IMG/VR virus record: IMGVR_UViG_3300005747_000012
Coordinates: 1-64,000 of that record
Source: a virus
Length of the DNA: 64,000 nt
Direction: 5' to 3' (one strand)
How positions within the stretch are numbered: position 1 is the first letter of the stretch; each line of letters starts with the position of its first letter. Of the stretch, positions 48,705-58,881 are shown in pieces. The notes beneath the pieces were generated by a model. The model was not told the origin of the DNA. It searched no databases and saw only the letters and a list, made by a program, of their open reading frames with translations. Both the position numbers and the translations under genes were made by a program.

Positions 48705-50039
48705 ATGACAAGAGAAATTGTAAAAATAGTTGGAACAGGTTCTTCTAAAGCTTTAGACGGTACTGTTATTGACATGTCTAAAGCTAGTCAAAGCGCATCT
48801 ATATCAAGTGATACAACTTTTACATTTGAAAATATATCTGACGGCTCAACAACAGTTTTATCTGTGTATAACTCTGACACTATAGCCCACTCAGTTTCTT
48901 TTACTGACAGTAGTGGTGTTAGTATATCTCCTACTGATGCTGCTGTTGGTGTTAATTCTGAAGTATGGACTGTGTATCAAATTGAAAAAAATACAGTTGG
49001 ATTTTTTGTTCAGGTATTAAGTGTAGACTCCTCCAATCCTTTTCTGTTAGGGCTTGACGGTGATCTGATAATTCTTAACGGACAAAATGTAGATTTAAAT
49101 GCAGGTGATATTAAAGACTATAACAATATTGATATTCAAGCAGGTGGAACTTTAACACTTCTTGACCCATCTAACACAGGTGACTTAGTTGAAATTTATG
49201 CTGCTGGAACTTTTAACATTGATGGAGAAATAATTGGACGCAACACTGAAAACAACGGTGGTTCTTATTCAGGCAACACCTTAATCGGCTCTGCTTATTC
49301 TTATACCGTGACTCAAGCAACAGGCGGTTCAGGTGGAAGTGGTGGCTCAGTCCCATTTGCTTCAGGCGGTAGCGGAGGAGCAGGAACAAATGGATATGGA
49401 GGCGGCGGCGGCGGCGGTGGCTCATATTATAACAGTGATGGAGTTTTTGCAGGGAATGGCGGTGCAGGTGGATCAAACAATGGGAATGGCGGTGCAGGAA
49501 CAGCAAGTGCTTTTAATCCTGCTAGTGGTGGCGCAGGTGGTGCAGGTAATTCAACACAAGGAAATGGAAACAATGGTACACAAGGAACAGTCACGTCTGG
49601 AGCCGTAAACGGAAGGGCCGGGGCAAGTGGCGGTGGATCAGGCGGTGGAGGTGGTGGAGCATCTTATGACGCTAACTATGGCAGCGGTTCTGTTTTGGGT
49701 TCATCTGGAGCAGGTGGTGGAGAAAAGGGTTATCATGGTGCTAATTTATTTTTATATTGCTCTAATTCAATAACAGGAAGCGGATCAATCAACCTTTCTG
49801 GTCTTGATGGATACAATGGAGGCAATGGAGTAACCGGAGCCACTATCAACTCTGCTCAATCATACGGTTCAGGCGGTGGCGGTGGCGGTGGTGCTGGCGG
49901 TTCAGGCGGTAATTTAAGATACACAACACCTTCCCTCAATCCTTCAGTAGATGTCAGCGGTGGTTCTGGTGGAACAGGGGGGACTTTTTCTGGGCAGAAT
50001 GGAACGGCAGGAAACAATGGAACCGTTCAAAATATATAG
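48705..50039 (+). CDS. Glycine-rich tail fibre/adhesin protein
   Basis: Extensive GGxG repeats in the C-terminal half. Confidence 0.75.
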   Translation: MTREIVKIVGTGSSKALDGTVIDMSKASQSASISSDTTFTFENISDGSTTVLSVYNSDTIAHSVSFTDSSGVSISPTDAAVGVNSEVWTVYQIEKNTVGFFVQVLSVDSSNPFLLGLDGDLIILNGQNVDLNAGDIKDYNNIDIQAGGTLTLLDPSNTGDLVEIYAAGTFNIDGEIIGRNTENNGGSYSGNTLIGSAYSYTVTQATGGSGGSGGSVPFASGGSGGAGTNGYGGGGGGGGSYYNSDGVFAGNGGAGGSNNGNGGAGTASAFNPASGGAGGAGNSTQGNGNNGTQGTVTSGAVNGRAGASGGGSGGGGGGASYDANYGSGSVLGSSGAGGGEKGYHGANLFLYCSNSITGSGSINLSGLDGYNGGNGVTGATINSAQSYGSGGGGGGGAGGSGGNLRYTTPSLNPSVDVSGGSGGTGGTFSGQNGTAGNNGTVQNI

Positions 50040-50047
50040 GATTTAAA

Positions 50048-50551
50048 ATGAATGTTTTAACTTTAAGAAAAAGCTTAAATAAAATTAAAATTTTTAACAA
50101 TGTAAAAGACGTTGCAAGTTTTTGCGAATCTCTTGCAGTTAACAGAAACATACCATTAGATGACCTTGTAGCTTTTGAGGTAAAAACAAAAATTCTTAAC
50201 TATCATTCAAAAGAAAATTTTGTTGTTGACGGTGAGAGTTTAATTTTTTTTGAAAAACAAAATCACGAAGTTGAAATTGATATAGAAATTACAAAATGGG
50301 CAAAACTTCTTGAGAAGCTTGGGATTGACCCAAGTGAAGATTTTAGTAAAAGATTCTCAAGTGACCCAGAAATTTTAAGAAAACAATATCCAGAGGACGT
50401 TGCAGAAGCAATTGAATATAATATTCAAAACCCTGATAACGTAAAAGAAACTCTTCCGTCACCAGTAATTTTTAAGGAACATGAAGAGCAGCAAAAAAAC
50501 GTAGAAGTCACAACTCTCCACATAGGACAACCAATTTGGGGTGAATTATAA
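50048..50551 (+). CDS. Hypothetical protein (possible fibre chaperone)
   Basis: Position between fibre genes. Confidence 0.5.
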   Translation: MNVLTLRKSLNKIKIFNNVKDVASFCESLAVNRNIPLDDLVAFEVKTKILNYHSKENFVVDGESLIFFEKQNHEVEIDIEITKWAKLLEKLGIDPSEDFSKRFSSDPEILRKQYPEDVAEAIEYNIQNPDNVKETLPSPVIFKEHEEQQKNVEVTTLHIGQPIWGEL

Positions 50552-50565
50552 ATTAGGAATATGAT

Positions 50566-51348
50566 ATGCAATTTTTTGGAATAGAAGAAGTTAAAGATTT
50601 GACAAAAGCTTCCCAAACAACTATTGAGTGGGCTTCTGGCTCTAACCTTAGAATTGGAGGTCAGGCTTATAGTGTGACTTCTGTGCTCACATTAGATACT
50701 GCCACAGATATTGACACAGGTGCAATAGCAAGTGATACTATATACTATATATATGCTGTTGTTGTAGCTGGAACAGTTAGTCTTAAATACTCACTATCAA
50801 ATTCTGTTCCAGCAGGATATAGTGCGTATAGATTAATTGGAAATTTTGCAACAGATGAAATATCTGAAATTTATGAAACAAATATTATTGCTCAACCTGT
50901 TGCTTTTTTGGAGGATGTAAAAGCCGAAGGTTCTCAAGGTGGCACATATACTACAGGGTCTTTTCAAACTAGAACGCTCAATACTCTATCAGGGGATATT
51001 GCAGCAGTCGGTGTAACTCTATCTTCTAACCAATTTACTCTTCCTACAGGAAAGTATTTAATTGAAGCTTATGGCAGGGCTTTTAGAGTTGATAACTTTG
51101 TTCACAGAATCCTCAATGTAGATGACTCTGTTGGAGTTTTATTTGGTGATATAGGGTATTCGGCAATTACATCTAATAGTAACGATATATCGCATGTTAG
51201 AGGGGTCATAACTATAACTAAAGAGACAACTTTTGCTCTCCAAATGAACGGAAGAGCTACAAGGTCTACGGATGGATTTGGTGCTGCTGCTTCAGGATTA
51301 GGTGTAGATTATAAATTTGCTCAAGTAAAAATTACTAGGATGAAGTAA
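50566..51348 (+). CDS. Tail fibre protein
   Basis: DTIYYIYAV N-terminal module; GGTYTTGSFQTRTLNT...NQFTLPTGKYLIE C-terminal module. Confidence 0.7.
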   Translation: MQFFGIEEVKDLTKASQTTIEWASGSNLRIGGQAYSVTSVLTLDTATDIDTGAIASDTIYYIYAVVVAGTVSLKYSLSNSVPAGYSAYRLIGNFATDEISEIYETNIIAQPVAFLEDVKAEGSQGGTYTTGSFQTRTLNTLSGDIAAVGVTLSSNQFTLPTGKYLIEAYGRAFRVDNFVHRILNVDDSVGVLFGDIGYSAITSNSNDISHVRGVITITKETTFALQMNGRATRSTDGFGAAASGLGVDYKFAQVKITRMK

Positions 51349-51444
51349 TAACCAACTAAATAAGGAAGCTATAAATGGCTAAAGAAATATCATTGGGAAC
51401 TATCCTAACAAATAACGCCATTATTGACGGAAAGGATATAAAAT

Positions 51445-52683
51445 ATGAGTGTACAAGGTAAAGGTAATTTATCCTACAAAAAACAAAATGTGCAAAAACA
51501 AAACGCACCGCATACAGGTGTAAAAAACATTACGTTTGCGCATTTATTCTCTAATGCTGGTGAGACAACAATACCTTTTGATGCACTTGTAACGCCTCCT
51601 GAATGGTCAACATCAGGACTTGTAAATCCTACTTCTCAATCGTTACTTTCTGCTCAATTGCAAGTATTTAAAAATAATGTAACTGTAACATCTTCAGCAA
51701 GAGGTTTGATTCAAAAATCAGAATATATAGTACATGGTAATAGAATTGAATTTAAAAATATTACCTCACTTGTAAATGAATATTTTGAGGTTGAAGTAGC
51801 TGACATACTTATTACTGGAAATCTTATTGTTGATATGCAGACAATCAGAGTTGAAGGCGAACTTCAAGATACTGAAACTGATTTTAACATGGGATATGAG
51901 TTTGATGTATTGAACGAAGAAATCATAGTATTCCGTGATGGTATTCAGATGTTTAGGTCTGATAATAATGATTCGTCAGGAACTACTGGTAACTACTATT
52001 ATGTAGATACTGATGGCGATGGCAGGTCAAGTTTGCTTAGATTTTTTGAGCCTTCTGTCGGTGTTGAGCCTGTTTTAATTGCTAGTACAGGCGGTGTTGT
52101 TGATAATGCTAATGTTAGTACGTTTCAACAAATTGAGCATTTAGCTGGACAGCTTGATGCAATTGTTCCAACAGTAGCAGCACTTGCTGGTGTGCCAGAA
52201 AGTAATTTTAGAAGTGGGCCGAATAATGTTGATTTAACTCAATTCGGTAATTTATTAATAAATCTTGACAATAAATATGACACAACTGAAAAACTAAGTG
52301 AATATACCAAAACAAAATATCAAACTAAAAGTACTAATTTTTCTGCTGATGGACTTATTTCAGCATTAACATTCAATAATTTAGAACCCGGTAAAACGTA
52401 TAGAATCTACGGAAGATTATATGTTGATGGTAATAATGTTTCTGCTAATCAAGGTGCTTTTATCAATATAGTTCATAATGGTGTTAACATACAAGGTGCC
52501 AGTATTGGAGGTGTATTTGGCACATCTCCAGATAGAAGACACAGTTTTGCTTTTAATGAAGTCTTTACAGCAACAGCAGCAACTCTTGAAGCAGTTGCAT
52601 TTAATGTTCAAAATGCAGGTAACACAATCAAGTGGACTTTAGAAGAACTACCAAACCATGAAGAGACAACAGATTTTACATAG
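51445..52683 (+). CDS. Tail fibre/receptor-binding protein
   Basis: IVFRDGIQM module, short helical linker and C-terminal beta-sandwich (LTFNNLEPGKTYRI). Confidence 0.65.
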   Translation: MSVQGKGNLSYKKQNVQKQNAPHTGVKNITFAHLFSNAGETTIPFDALVTPPEWSTSGLVNPTSQSLLSAQLQVFKNNVTVTSSARGLIQKSEYIVHGNRIEFKNITSLVNEYFEVEVADILITGNLIVDMQTIRVEGELQDTETDFNMGYEFDVLNEEIIVFRDGIQMFRSDNNDSSGTTGNYYYVDTDGDGRSSLLRFFEPSVGVEPVLIASTGGVVDNANVSTFQQIEHLAGQLDAIVPTVAALAGVPESNFRSGPNNVDLTQFGNLLINLDNKYDTTEKLSEYTKTKYQTKSTNFSADGLISALTFNNLEPGKTYRIYGRLYVDGNNVSANQGAFINIVHNGVNIQGASIGGVFGTSPDRRHSFAFNEVFTATAATLEAVAFNVQNAGNTIKWTLEELPNHEETTDFT

Positions 52684-52693
52684 GAATTAAAAT

Positions 52694-53206
52694 ATGCCAA
52701 AAACAACTTTACTTAGAAAACAAGTAACACCTACAGGGACGATACAGCCTCATGCTGGTGGAACTGCCCCTGACGGTTTTTTAGTGTGTGATGGTACTAT
52801 TGTGGACATTGCCGACTATCCTAAATTATATGCTGTAATTGGAACATCTTGGGGATATGGTAATAATGATGGTTTAACATTCCACTTACCTGATTTGAGG
52901 GGTAGGTTTTTAAGGGGTGTAGATGGTGCAGCAGGGCGTGACCCTGATTCTGGAGCTAGAACTCCTTCAAATACGGGCGGTAATTCTGGCGATGCTGTTG
53001 GAAGTGTGCAAGATGATAATTTTAAAGAACACACACACACAATAACCACTTATGACACAGCTTTTGGCGGTTCTGCAAATATTCAAGGTTACGGTGCCAG
53101 TGTTAGGGATGCTCCATCAACAAACGCAACTGGTGGTGCAGAAACCAGACCTAAAAACGTAGCAGTAAATATGTTTATAAAGATAAACAGAGAGCCTAGT
53201 AGTTAA
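52694..53206 (+). CDS. Phage tail collar domain protein
   Basis: PTGTI..HAG..APDGFLVCDG, FHLPDLRGRFLRG and ETRPKNVAV motifs. Confidence 0.92.
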   Translation: MPKTTLLRKQVTPTGTIQPHAGGTAPDGFLVCDGTIVDIADYPKLYAVIGTSWGYGNNDGLTFHLPDLRGRFLRGVDGAAGRDPDSGARTPSNTGGNSGDAVGSVQDDNFKEHTHTITTYDTAFGGSANIQGYGASVRDAPSTNATGGAETRPKNVAVNMFIKINREPSS

Positions 53207-53208
53207 AA

Positions 53209-53853
53209 ATGATTAATAAAAATTATAAAAGCGAATATGGATTAATCAATGCTAAAATTGCAGATATTAATGCAGAAAATGCTCCGCTATGGTCTGTTGA
53301 GTATTTGCTTTTAGAAAATAATCCTGCACTTTTTTATTCTCTTGAAAATTACATAAGATTATGTAAAACTGACACAAAAGGCCTTTACAATCAATTTCCC
53401 ATAAGATATCACAATAAAGATGACTACACAAGCCCTGATCAGTTAATTGCATTTGTAGCATTTTTTAAAATGTCTAATTTAAACAGTGAAATCAAAGATA
53501 TCTGGAAATATCTAATCAACCACATTGGAACTTATGATAATTTAACTGCCAAAACTAACTGGTCAAGAATTATGCAACCAGCAGCTTTGGCTTTTGTTGG
53601 GGCGTGTGCCGGAAGTAAATGGGCCAAAATAGCTCTTTCCATATCTTGCGTATATTCTTGTGCTACCAAAAAAAATGAAACATCAGGAAAACTCAAGGCT
53701 TGGGTTATGTTTAAAACCCTTAACATGAAAATTACAGAATTTTTGTGTACTTATTTTATAAAAAAAACACCATTTAAAGATTGGAAGGGAATATTTTTTG
53801 AATATTTTCAAGAAAAAGAGCATCCAATAAGAAAAATATTGGGTAAAAAATAA
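53209..53853 (+). CDS. Hypothetical protein
   Basis: 214 aa ORF translationally coupled to the clpX-like gene. Confidence 0.6.
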   Translation: MINKNYKSEYGLINAKIADINAENAPLWSVEYLLLENNPALFYSLENYIRLCKTDTKGLYNQFPIRYHNKDDYTSPDQLIAFVAFFKMSNLNSEIKDIWKYLINHIGTYDNLTAKTNWSRIMQPAALAFVGACAGSKWAKIALSISCVYSCATKKNETSGKLKAWVMFKTLNMKITEFLCTYFIKKTPFKDWKGIFFEYFQEKEHPIRKILGKK

Positions 53854-54824
53854 TGAGTAAAGAAAAAAAATATATAATAAAAACTCCAGAACAAATAAAA
53901 AATGAGCTGGATGAATATGTTATAGGCCAAGAAAGTGCTAAAAAAAACCTAGCGGTTGCCGCCTATAATCACTTAAAAAGAATAAATGGTTGTGATATAA
54001 GGAAAAATAATCTTTTAATTATAGGTCCTACAGGATGTGGGAAGACATATTTAGTGTCAAATCTTTCCAAGATTCTAAATGTAGATTTTTTAACTGTTGA
54101 CGCTACACAATTCACGGCTTCTGGTTATGAAGGAAGAGATGTTCAGGAAATTGTAATTGAATTAATGAACATATGTGAAGATAGTGAAAAAAGAGCATCA
54201 AAATCTATTGTTTATATAGATGAGGTGGATAAGATAAAAAAGAAGCAATCTGGTGGAAATGCAGATGTAAATGGTGAGGGTGTGCAGCAATCTCTTTTAA
54301 AATTAATAGAGGGTAGCGAAATTCCTTATACATCTCCAAATTCAAGAAATGGAATGCGTGACAAAAAGCTAGATACTAAGAATATTATGTTTATATGCTC
54401 AGGAGCTTTTGTTGATTTAAAAGAGGCAACTACGGAAGGTCTGGTAAAATTTGGTATGATACCAGAGTTTTTAGGAAGATTTTCTTCCGTTGCTGAGATA
54501 CATCAACTAGAATTTGATGATTACAAAAAAATATTAACTGATTCAAAAGATTCTGTTTTAAATTCATTTAAAGAATGGTTTAAAAGTGAGAATGTTAGTT
54601 TGGTTATAAAAGAAAATGCTTTAGATTTAATTGCTAAAAGAGCTGTGGATAGAGGTTTGGGTGCTAGAGGATTGCAAAATATATTGGATGAAATCTTTTT
54701 AGACGCTCAATTTCAACTACCTAGCATGAAAATAAAACCTATTTGTTTTGTTTTAGATGCTGAAGTTATAGAAAAAAACAAACCAAAATGGGTTTATAAA
54801 AATGTTTTAAGTAAAAAACAATAG
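53853..54824 (+). CDS. clpX: ClpX-like AAA+ ATPase lacking the Zn-binding domain and IGF loop
   Basis: LDEYVIGQESAKK, GPTGCGKT, IDEVDKI, GEGVQQSLLKLIEG, ICSGAF, IPEFLGR and GARGL motifs. Confidence 0.9.
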   Translation: MSKEKKYIIKTPEQIKNELDEYVIGQESAKKNLAVAAYNHLKRINGCDIRKNNLLIIGPTGCGKTYLVSNLSKILNVDFLTVDATQFTASGYEGRDVQEIVIELMNICEDSEKRASKSIVYIDEVDKIKKKQSGGNADVNGEGVQQSLLKLIEGSEIPYTSPNSRNGMRDKKLDTKNIMFICSGAFVDLKEATTEGLVKFGMIPEFLGRFSSVAEIHQLEFDDYKKILTDSKDSVLNSFKEWFKSENVSLVIKENALDLIAKRAVDRGLGARGLQNILDEIFLDAQFQLPSMKIKPICFVLDAEVIEKNKPKWVYKNVLSKKQ

Positions 54825-54906
54825 GCTTGTATGGTGGAATTGGTAGACACAGAGGGCTTCAACCCCTTGGGCTAAGGCCGTGCGGGTTCGAGTCCTGCTG
54901 CAAGCA
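54825..54906 (+). tRNA. tRNA with Leu-type body and UCA anticodon (putative opal suppressor)
   Basis: Acceptor GCTTGTA/TGCAAGC plus A73; D arm GTGGAATTGGTAGACAC; anticodon arm GAGGG-CTTCAAC-CCCTT; long variable arm; T arm GCGGG-TTCGAGT-CCTGC; no encoded CCA. Confidence 0.85.
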
Positions 54907-55197
54907 TCATTTATTTTCAAAAATCTGATCCCAAGTCTGGTACTTGTAAGAGGGATTTTTTTTCCATTCTTCTTCTCTAAATAGCACAACTGTTTTATTG
55001 CTAAGTTCAATGCAGTTTCCATCTATAAGCCTGTACATAGTTATACATGGTATCTTTGCCGATACATTTTGCAGCAAATTTTTTGAAGCCTGTCGATCAT
55101 CAGAAAAAACTACAAATTTTTGTTTTTCTTTTAGAATTCCTTTTTCTAATATTGCGTTAATTAAACTATCCATTTTACACACCTTAAAATCATCCAA
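54907..55197 (-). CDS. Hypothetical protein
   Basis: Last gene of the minus-strand operon; its stop abuts the tRNA 3' end. Confidence 0.55.
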   Translation of the reverse strand: MDDFKVCKMDSLINAILEKGILKEKQKFVVFSDDRQASKNLLQNVSAKIPCITMYRLIDGNCIELSNKTVVLFREEEWKKNPSYKYQTWDQIFENK

Positions 55198-55600
55198 TTA
55201 CATTTTTGACTACTTTAGCTAAAATAGCCCCGTCAACATTTTTTAATTCTTTTTTTATAGCACCAATTGTTTTGCCCATTTCTTTGCTAGGATTTTGTTT
55301 TAGATATTCTTCCACATATTTTTTAGTCTCTTCTTCAGACATCTGTTTCGGCAAAAGCTCTTTAATTAAACCATATTCTTTTTCTAAATCTTCGTATCTG
55401 TCGGTATTCTCAAACATTTTTAAAGTTTTAAATAATTTTTTTGCGTATTTTTCAACAACCTCTAGTTCACCAATTGGTTTTTTAGATTTTTCATTGTTTA
55501 AAAGTTCTGATTTTAATAAAACAAAAACATTAGAAGTAAATTTGTCTCCACTTTTTTTAGCATCAATTATTTTTTTATTTACTAAATCTAACATATACAA
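55190..55600 (-). CDS. GatB/YqeY domain protein
   Basis: AKKSGDK, LLKSELLN, LLPKQMSEEE, MGKTIG and VDGAILAKVVK motifs. Confidence 0.85.
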   Translation of the reverse strand: MYMLDLVNKKIIDAKKSGDKFTSNVFVLLKSELLNNEKSKKPIGELEVVEKYAKKLFKTLKMFENTDRYEDLEKEYGLIKELLPKQMSEEETKKYVEEYLKQNPSKEMGKTIGAIKKELKNVDGAILAKVVKNVIG

Positions 55601-55606
55601 ACCTTT

Positions 55607-55912
55607 TCACATAATTAATGGGCAAACTTGTTCGTAATATTCTTCGGTAGTTAAATCAAATTTAATATCTTTTTCTAACGTACCCATAGTTTCCCACCTA
55701 ATTTTTTTTTCAATTTTTCCATTTGGATATTTATAGTAATCAAAAGCAATTTCAAATTTTTCTCTATTATGAATAGGAATATATTTTTGTAAGATTTCAG
55801 AGAAATTGTAGCCCAGAATCTCTTTTAAAGGAATCTCTACAAACAAAGTTTTTACTTTAGTTACGTCAACTTTTTCACCTTCACATGTTGTTAAAAAAGT
55901 TTTGCTATTCAT
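55607..55912 (-). CDS. Hypothetical protein
   Basis: Operonic ORF. Confidence 0.55.
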   Translation of the reverse strand: MNSKTFLTTCEGEKVDVTKVKTLFVEIPLKEILGYNFSEILQKYIPIHNREKFEIAFDYYKYPNGKIEKKIRWETMGTLEKDIKFDLTTEEYYEQVCPLIM

Positions 55913-56411
55913 TATAACTCCATCTAGGTTCTTTTTTATCTAAGTCCCAACGATCATTAATGTACAGCGAATATGCGACATGTACATCTTTAATATGTTT
56001 ATAATTAACGCCTAAACTATCGTGCGCTGCACAGTTAGGAAATTCTGTCCTAGCTCCAGCAGGGATGTTTTTAGCAAAAGCCATTGCAAGTTTAATGTTA
56101 TTTCGAGCATTTGCATGACCTTTGCCCCCACGCCTATAATGTTCGTTAAGAAATTCCAGTGTACTACGGCACATATGTAAGAAATTTGACCTGTTTTTTC
56201 TTACCCATACAGTACATGGATGATTAAAATGTCCCTTAATTCCAAAAGGATTGCCGTTTATACGCTTAGGAAGCTGCTCAGGCGTTGCACCGTGAAAGCC
56301 CATAGCAACAGCAATCATTTGCTGAAATTCACTAATAAACTTATTTAAACGCACATTGTCCATAAATTTAGCGTTGCCTTTGGGTGTTGGTGTTGGCACT
56401 GGATAATTCAT
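55905..56411 (-). CDS. Pyrimidine dimer DNA glycosylase/DenV-related protein
   Basis: KFISEFQQM, HFNHPCTVWVR..RSNF, EHYRR and AYSLY..D..W pattern. Confidence 0.75.
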   Translation of the reverse strand: MNYPVPTPTPKGNAKFMDNVRLNKFISEFQQMIAVAMGFHGATPEQLPKRINGNPFGIKGHFNHPCTVWVRKNRSNFLHMCRSTLEFLNEHYRRGGKGHANARNNIKLAMAFAKNIPAGARTEFPNCAAHDSLGVNYKHIKDVHVAYSLYINDRWDLDKKEPRWSYNE

Positions 56412-57892
56412 TGTATTTTCCTTTCTTTTTCTTCTTCTTTGAAAATATTTTTTACAACAATTTCAACCTTATCATCTCTTTCTGAAATTGCTAAAAGTAT
56501 TATATCATAAAGACCGCCTAATTCCAAGAAAACAATCTCTTGTTCTGGGTCAAAATCTTGCAAGTGCTCAATAAAAGCTTTTACCTTCATATTTTCCTAC
56601 TTTTTAATATTTTATTAAAGCTTTTTTTTGCTTCACATTTTGGCTTGCACCATCTTAACCACTCTCTAAGGTCATATAAAGAATCTGTACATCTACCATA
56701 TTTATAACCGGTTTCTGCATGGTCGGCGTGACAAAAAGACAGGTCTGACATAGTTTCGGTGTATTTTATTTTCCAATTTACAACCTCATTTTTAAGCTTA
56801 GACTTCTGATATAACAACACACCTACAGACACAGAAAGCCCTAAAATAAGGGCCAAAAGAAAATAAAATGCTTTGTCTAGCATGTCCATTTTATCCCACA
56901 TTATTTTTGACCTCGCTCTAGGTCTTTACATACTTGATAAGTGTTTTTTATATCAGTGCCAAATCCATCCATAAACCTTTCAGTGCATTCAACTACTTTT
57001 TGTTTATAGGGTTTTTTGTAGTTTCTTATGACTACAGGATCAAGAGCGCATCCAGATAAAAGAAGTAAAATAATAAGCTTTTTCATTGCGGTAAATTCTC
57101 CTTAATTTTCCAAATAAAAACATCAAATTCATTTTTTTTATACCTTGACCACTCATAGTTGATTGTATCTATTGACAACAACAAAACACCATTAACAGGT
57201 GCCCCTTTTTCTTTCAAGATAAAAAGAACAAGTTGCTCACCGTTAATTCCGTTATACTTATTAGCCAAATATTCCAGTTCATGAATAGAACAATAGCCTG
57301 ATTTTAATCTTTTTTTATTTGTTATTTTTTTTTTATTTGTTATTTTTTTTCTAAATTTTCTTTTAAAAAAAATACACATATTTTTTAATGTTTTATTTTT
57401 TATCATATTTAAACTCTGTATGATAAACTGTTTTTTTAGAAATATAAAAAAATACAATCATTTGAAAAACAAAAGGTGCTGGAGCAGGAGCGTTTATTTT
57501 ATCAAATAAATAATGCGCCCAAGTTGAGCTGTACATTGCCCCTGATATAAGCGTGATTCCTACTAAAAATTTATGAAATCCTTCTTTAAATTCCTTCATT
57601 CTAAATATCCCATGTTAACACCATGAACATCTAGAATATCTGCAACATTACCTCTAATAATCTCGCAAACCCTATGTAATAATTTGGATTCAAAATCATT
57701 TAACCTATGTGGCCCATCTTTAACATTTATAATATCACCTATATCAATACCTTTTGAATATTTGGTATATTCTCTTAACATATTATCAATATCATGAAGG
57801 GCTAAAAAAGCATCGGTCGCTGCAATTGCTCTTAAGTGTGCTTTTTTATCACTAAAATCATCTAGATCAAATTCAAGTATTGCTTTTCCCAT
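56408..57892 (-). CDS. Run of small hypothetical genes (56408-56590, 56587-56901 TM protein, 56901-57086 lipoprotein, 57083-57457, 57393-57599, 57596-57892)
   Basis: Overlapping ORFs; MKKLIILLLLSGC lipobox in 56901-57086. Confidence 0.6.
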
Positions 57893-57903
57893 TTTAACGC
57901 CCT

Positions 57904-58881
57904 TTATACTCTTGTTTCCTTTATTAAATATCTTATTGCTTGATTTGTGATATCATTAGTTTGAGCCAAATTAAATCTAAGATATTTATCTTTTCCTTTG
58001 CTGTCCATTTCAACATAAGTAAAACCTAGTTTATTCAATAATTTACATGCAATAGGGTCAGCCCAAGCAGGGTAAAACATTCCGTTTTCAGGCACTTCTT
58101 GATTATCAAACAATCCCTTAATTCTATCCCACATTTCTCGGTTGTTATTTACTCGATATTTTGCAGACCTCATGAAGTTATTTAAATCCATATTGTCAAA
58201 AATGTCAAGCAAAAGTTCTTGGGAAGGAACAGAGACCGTACATAATTCGTATAAATTTTCATCTCTAAAAGCTTCATAGTCCTTCTGAAAGTTGGTAGCA
58301 ATCCAGCCTACCCTTACCCCTGTCAAGCCAAAAACCTTGCTGTAGGAGCCGCAATTGACTCTGTGATCGGGAATTACAGGTATAGTATTGACATATACAG
58401 GGTTGTGATAAACACTATCCCAAATAATATTGTTTTTATGGTCAGAGTACAGTAACAAATCGCCTGCCGGATTGGATGGGCTGTCCACAAGACCTACTGC
58501 GCTAGAAGAATTAAGCTGTTTTTCATGGTTACGATATAAGCCAATTTTATGTTTATAATTATTTTTCTCAATAATTGCAGGGTAATAAGGAAAATGATAT
58601 TTATGTGTATAACAATTTTTTTTACCTTCTTTAGCCATTACTCGCAAGGCTACGTTGATAGCTCCAGTTGTGCCGTTAGTAATCACAATATATTTATACT
58701 CAATTCCGGTAGTTTCTTTAATAAACCAACGTGTTAAATTAATCAAGTCTTCATTTCCATCGTCAAGACAATATTGTAATTCATCTATATCTACTGGTTT
58801 TGTCATTGATCTTTTATAGTAATGCTTTAAAGCTTCTCTAACACAAAATGGTTCGCCCCAGCCAAAATCAAAATTACTCAT
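57904..58881 (-). CDS. PLP-dependent aminotransferase, class I/II
   Basis: ITNGTTGAI, SPSNPAG, WDSVY and GSYSKVFGLTGVRVGW (PLP lysine) motifs. Confidence 0.9.
   Translation of the reverse strand: MSNFDFGWGEPFCVREALKHYYKRSMTKPVDIDELQYCLDDGNEDLINLTRWFIKETTGIEYKYIVITNGTTGAINVALRVMAKEGKKNCYTHKYHFPYYPAIIEKNNYKHKIGLYRNHEKQLNSSSAVGLVDSPSNPAGDLLLYSDHKNNIIWDSVYHNPVYVNTIPVIPDHRVNCGSYSKVFGLTGVRVGWIATNFQKDYEAFRDENLYELCTVSVPSQELLLDIFDNMDLNNFMRSAKYRVNNNREMWDRIKGLFDNQEVPENGMFYPAWADPIACKLLNKLGFTYVEMDSKGKDKYLRFNLAQTNDITNQAIRYLIKETRV

Noticed and set aside
49320-49990. GGC/GGT-rich repeats as a DNA element
   Set aside because: Explained by glycine codons of the fibre protein
19570-53206. Bacterial eCIS, T6SS or tailocin locus
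   Set aside because: The flanks are phage early and replication genes with no host housekeeping context
44266-53206. Diversity-generating retroelement or invertible fibre cassette
   Set aside because: No reverse transcriptase, invertase or TR/VR-type repeat pair was seen
54825-54906. tRNA-Sec or tRNA-Leu(CAA)
   Set aside because: The 7-bp acceptor, A73 and short D stem do not fit Sec; centring CAA in the loop breaks the anticodon stem and puts C at position 37
56587-57086. Spanin pair
   Set aside because: A lipoprotein plus a TM coiled-coil protein is suggestive, but the order is reversed and no lysis genes are nearby
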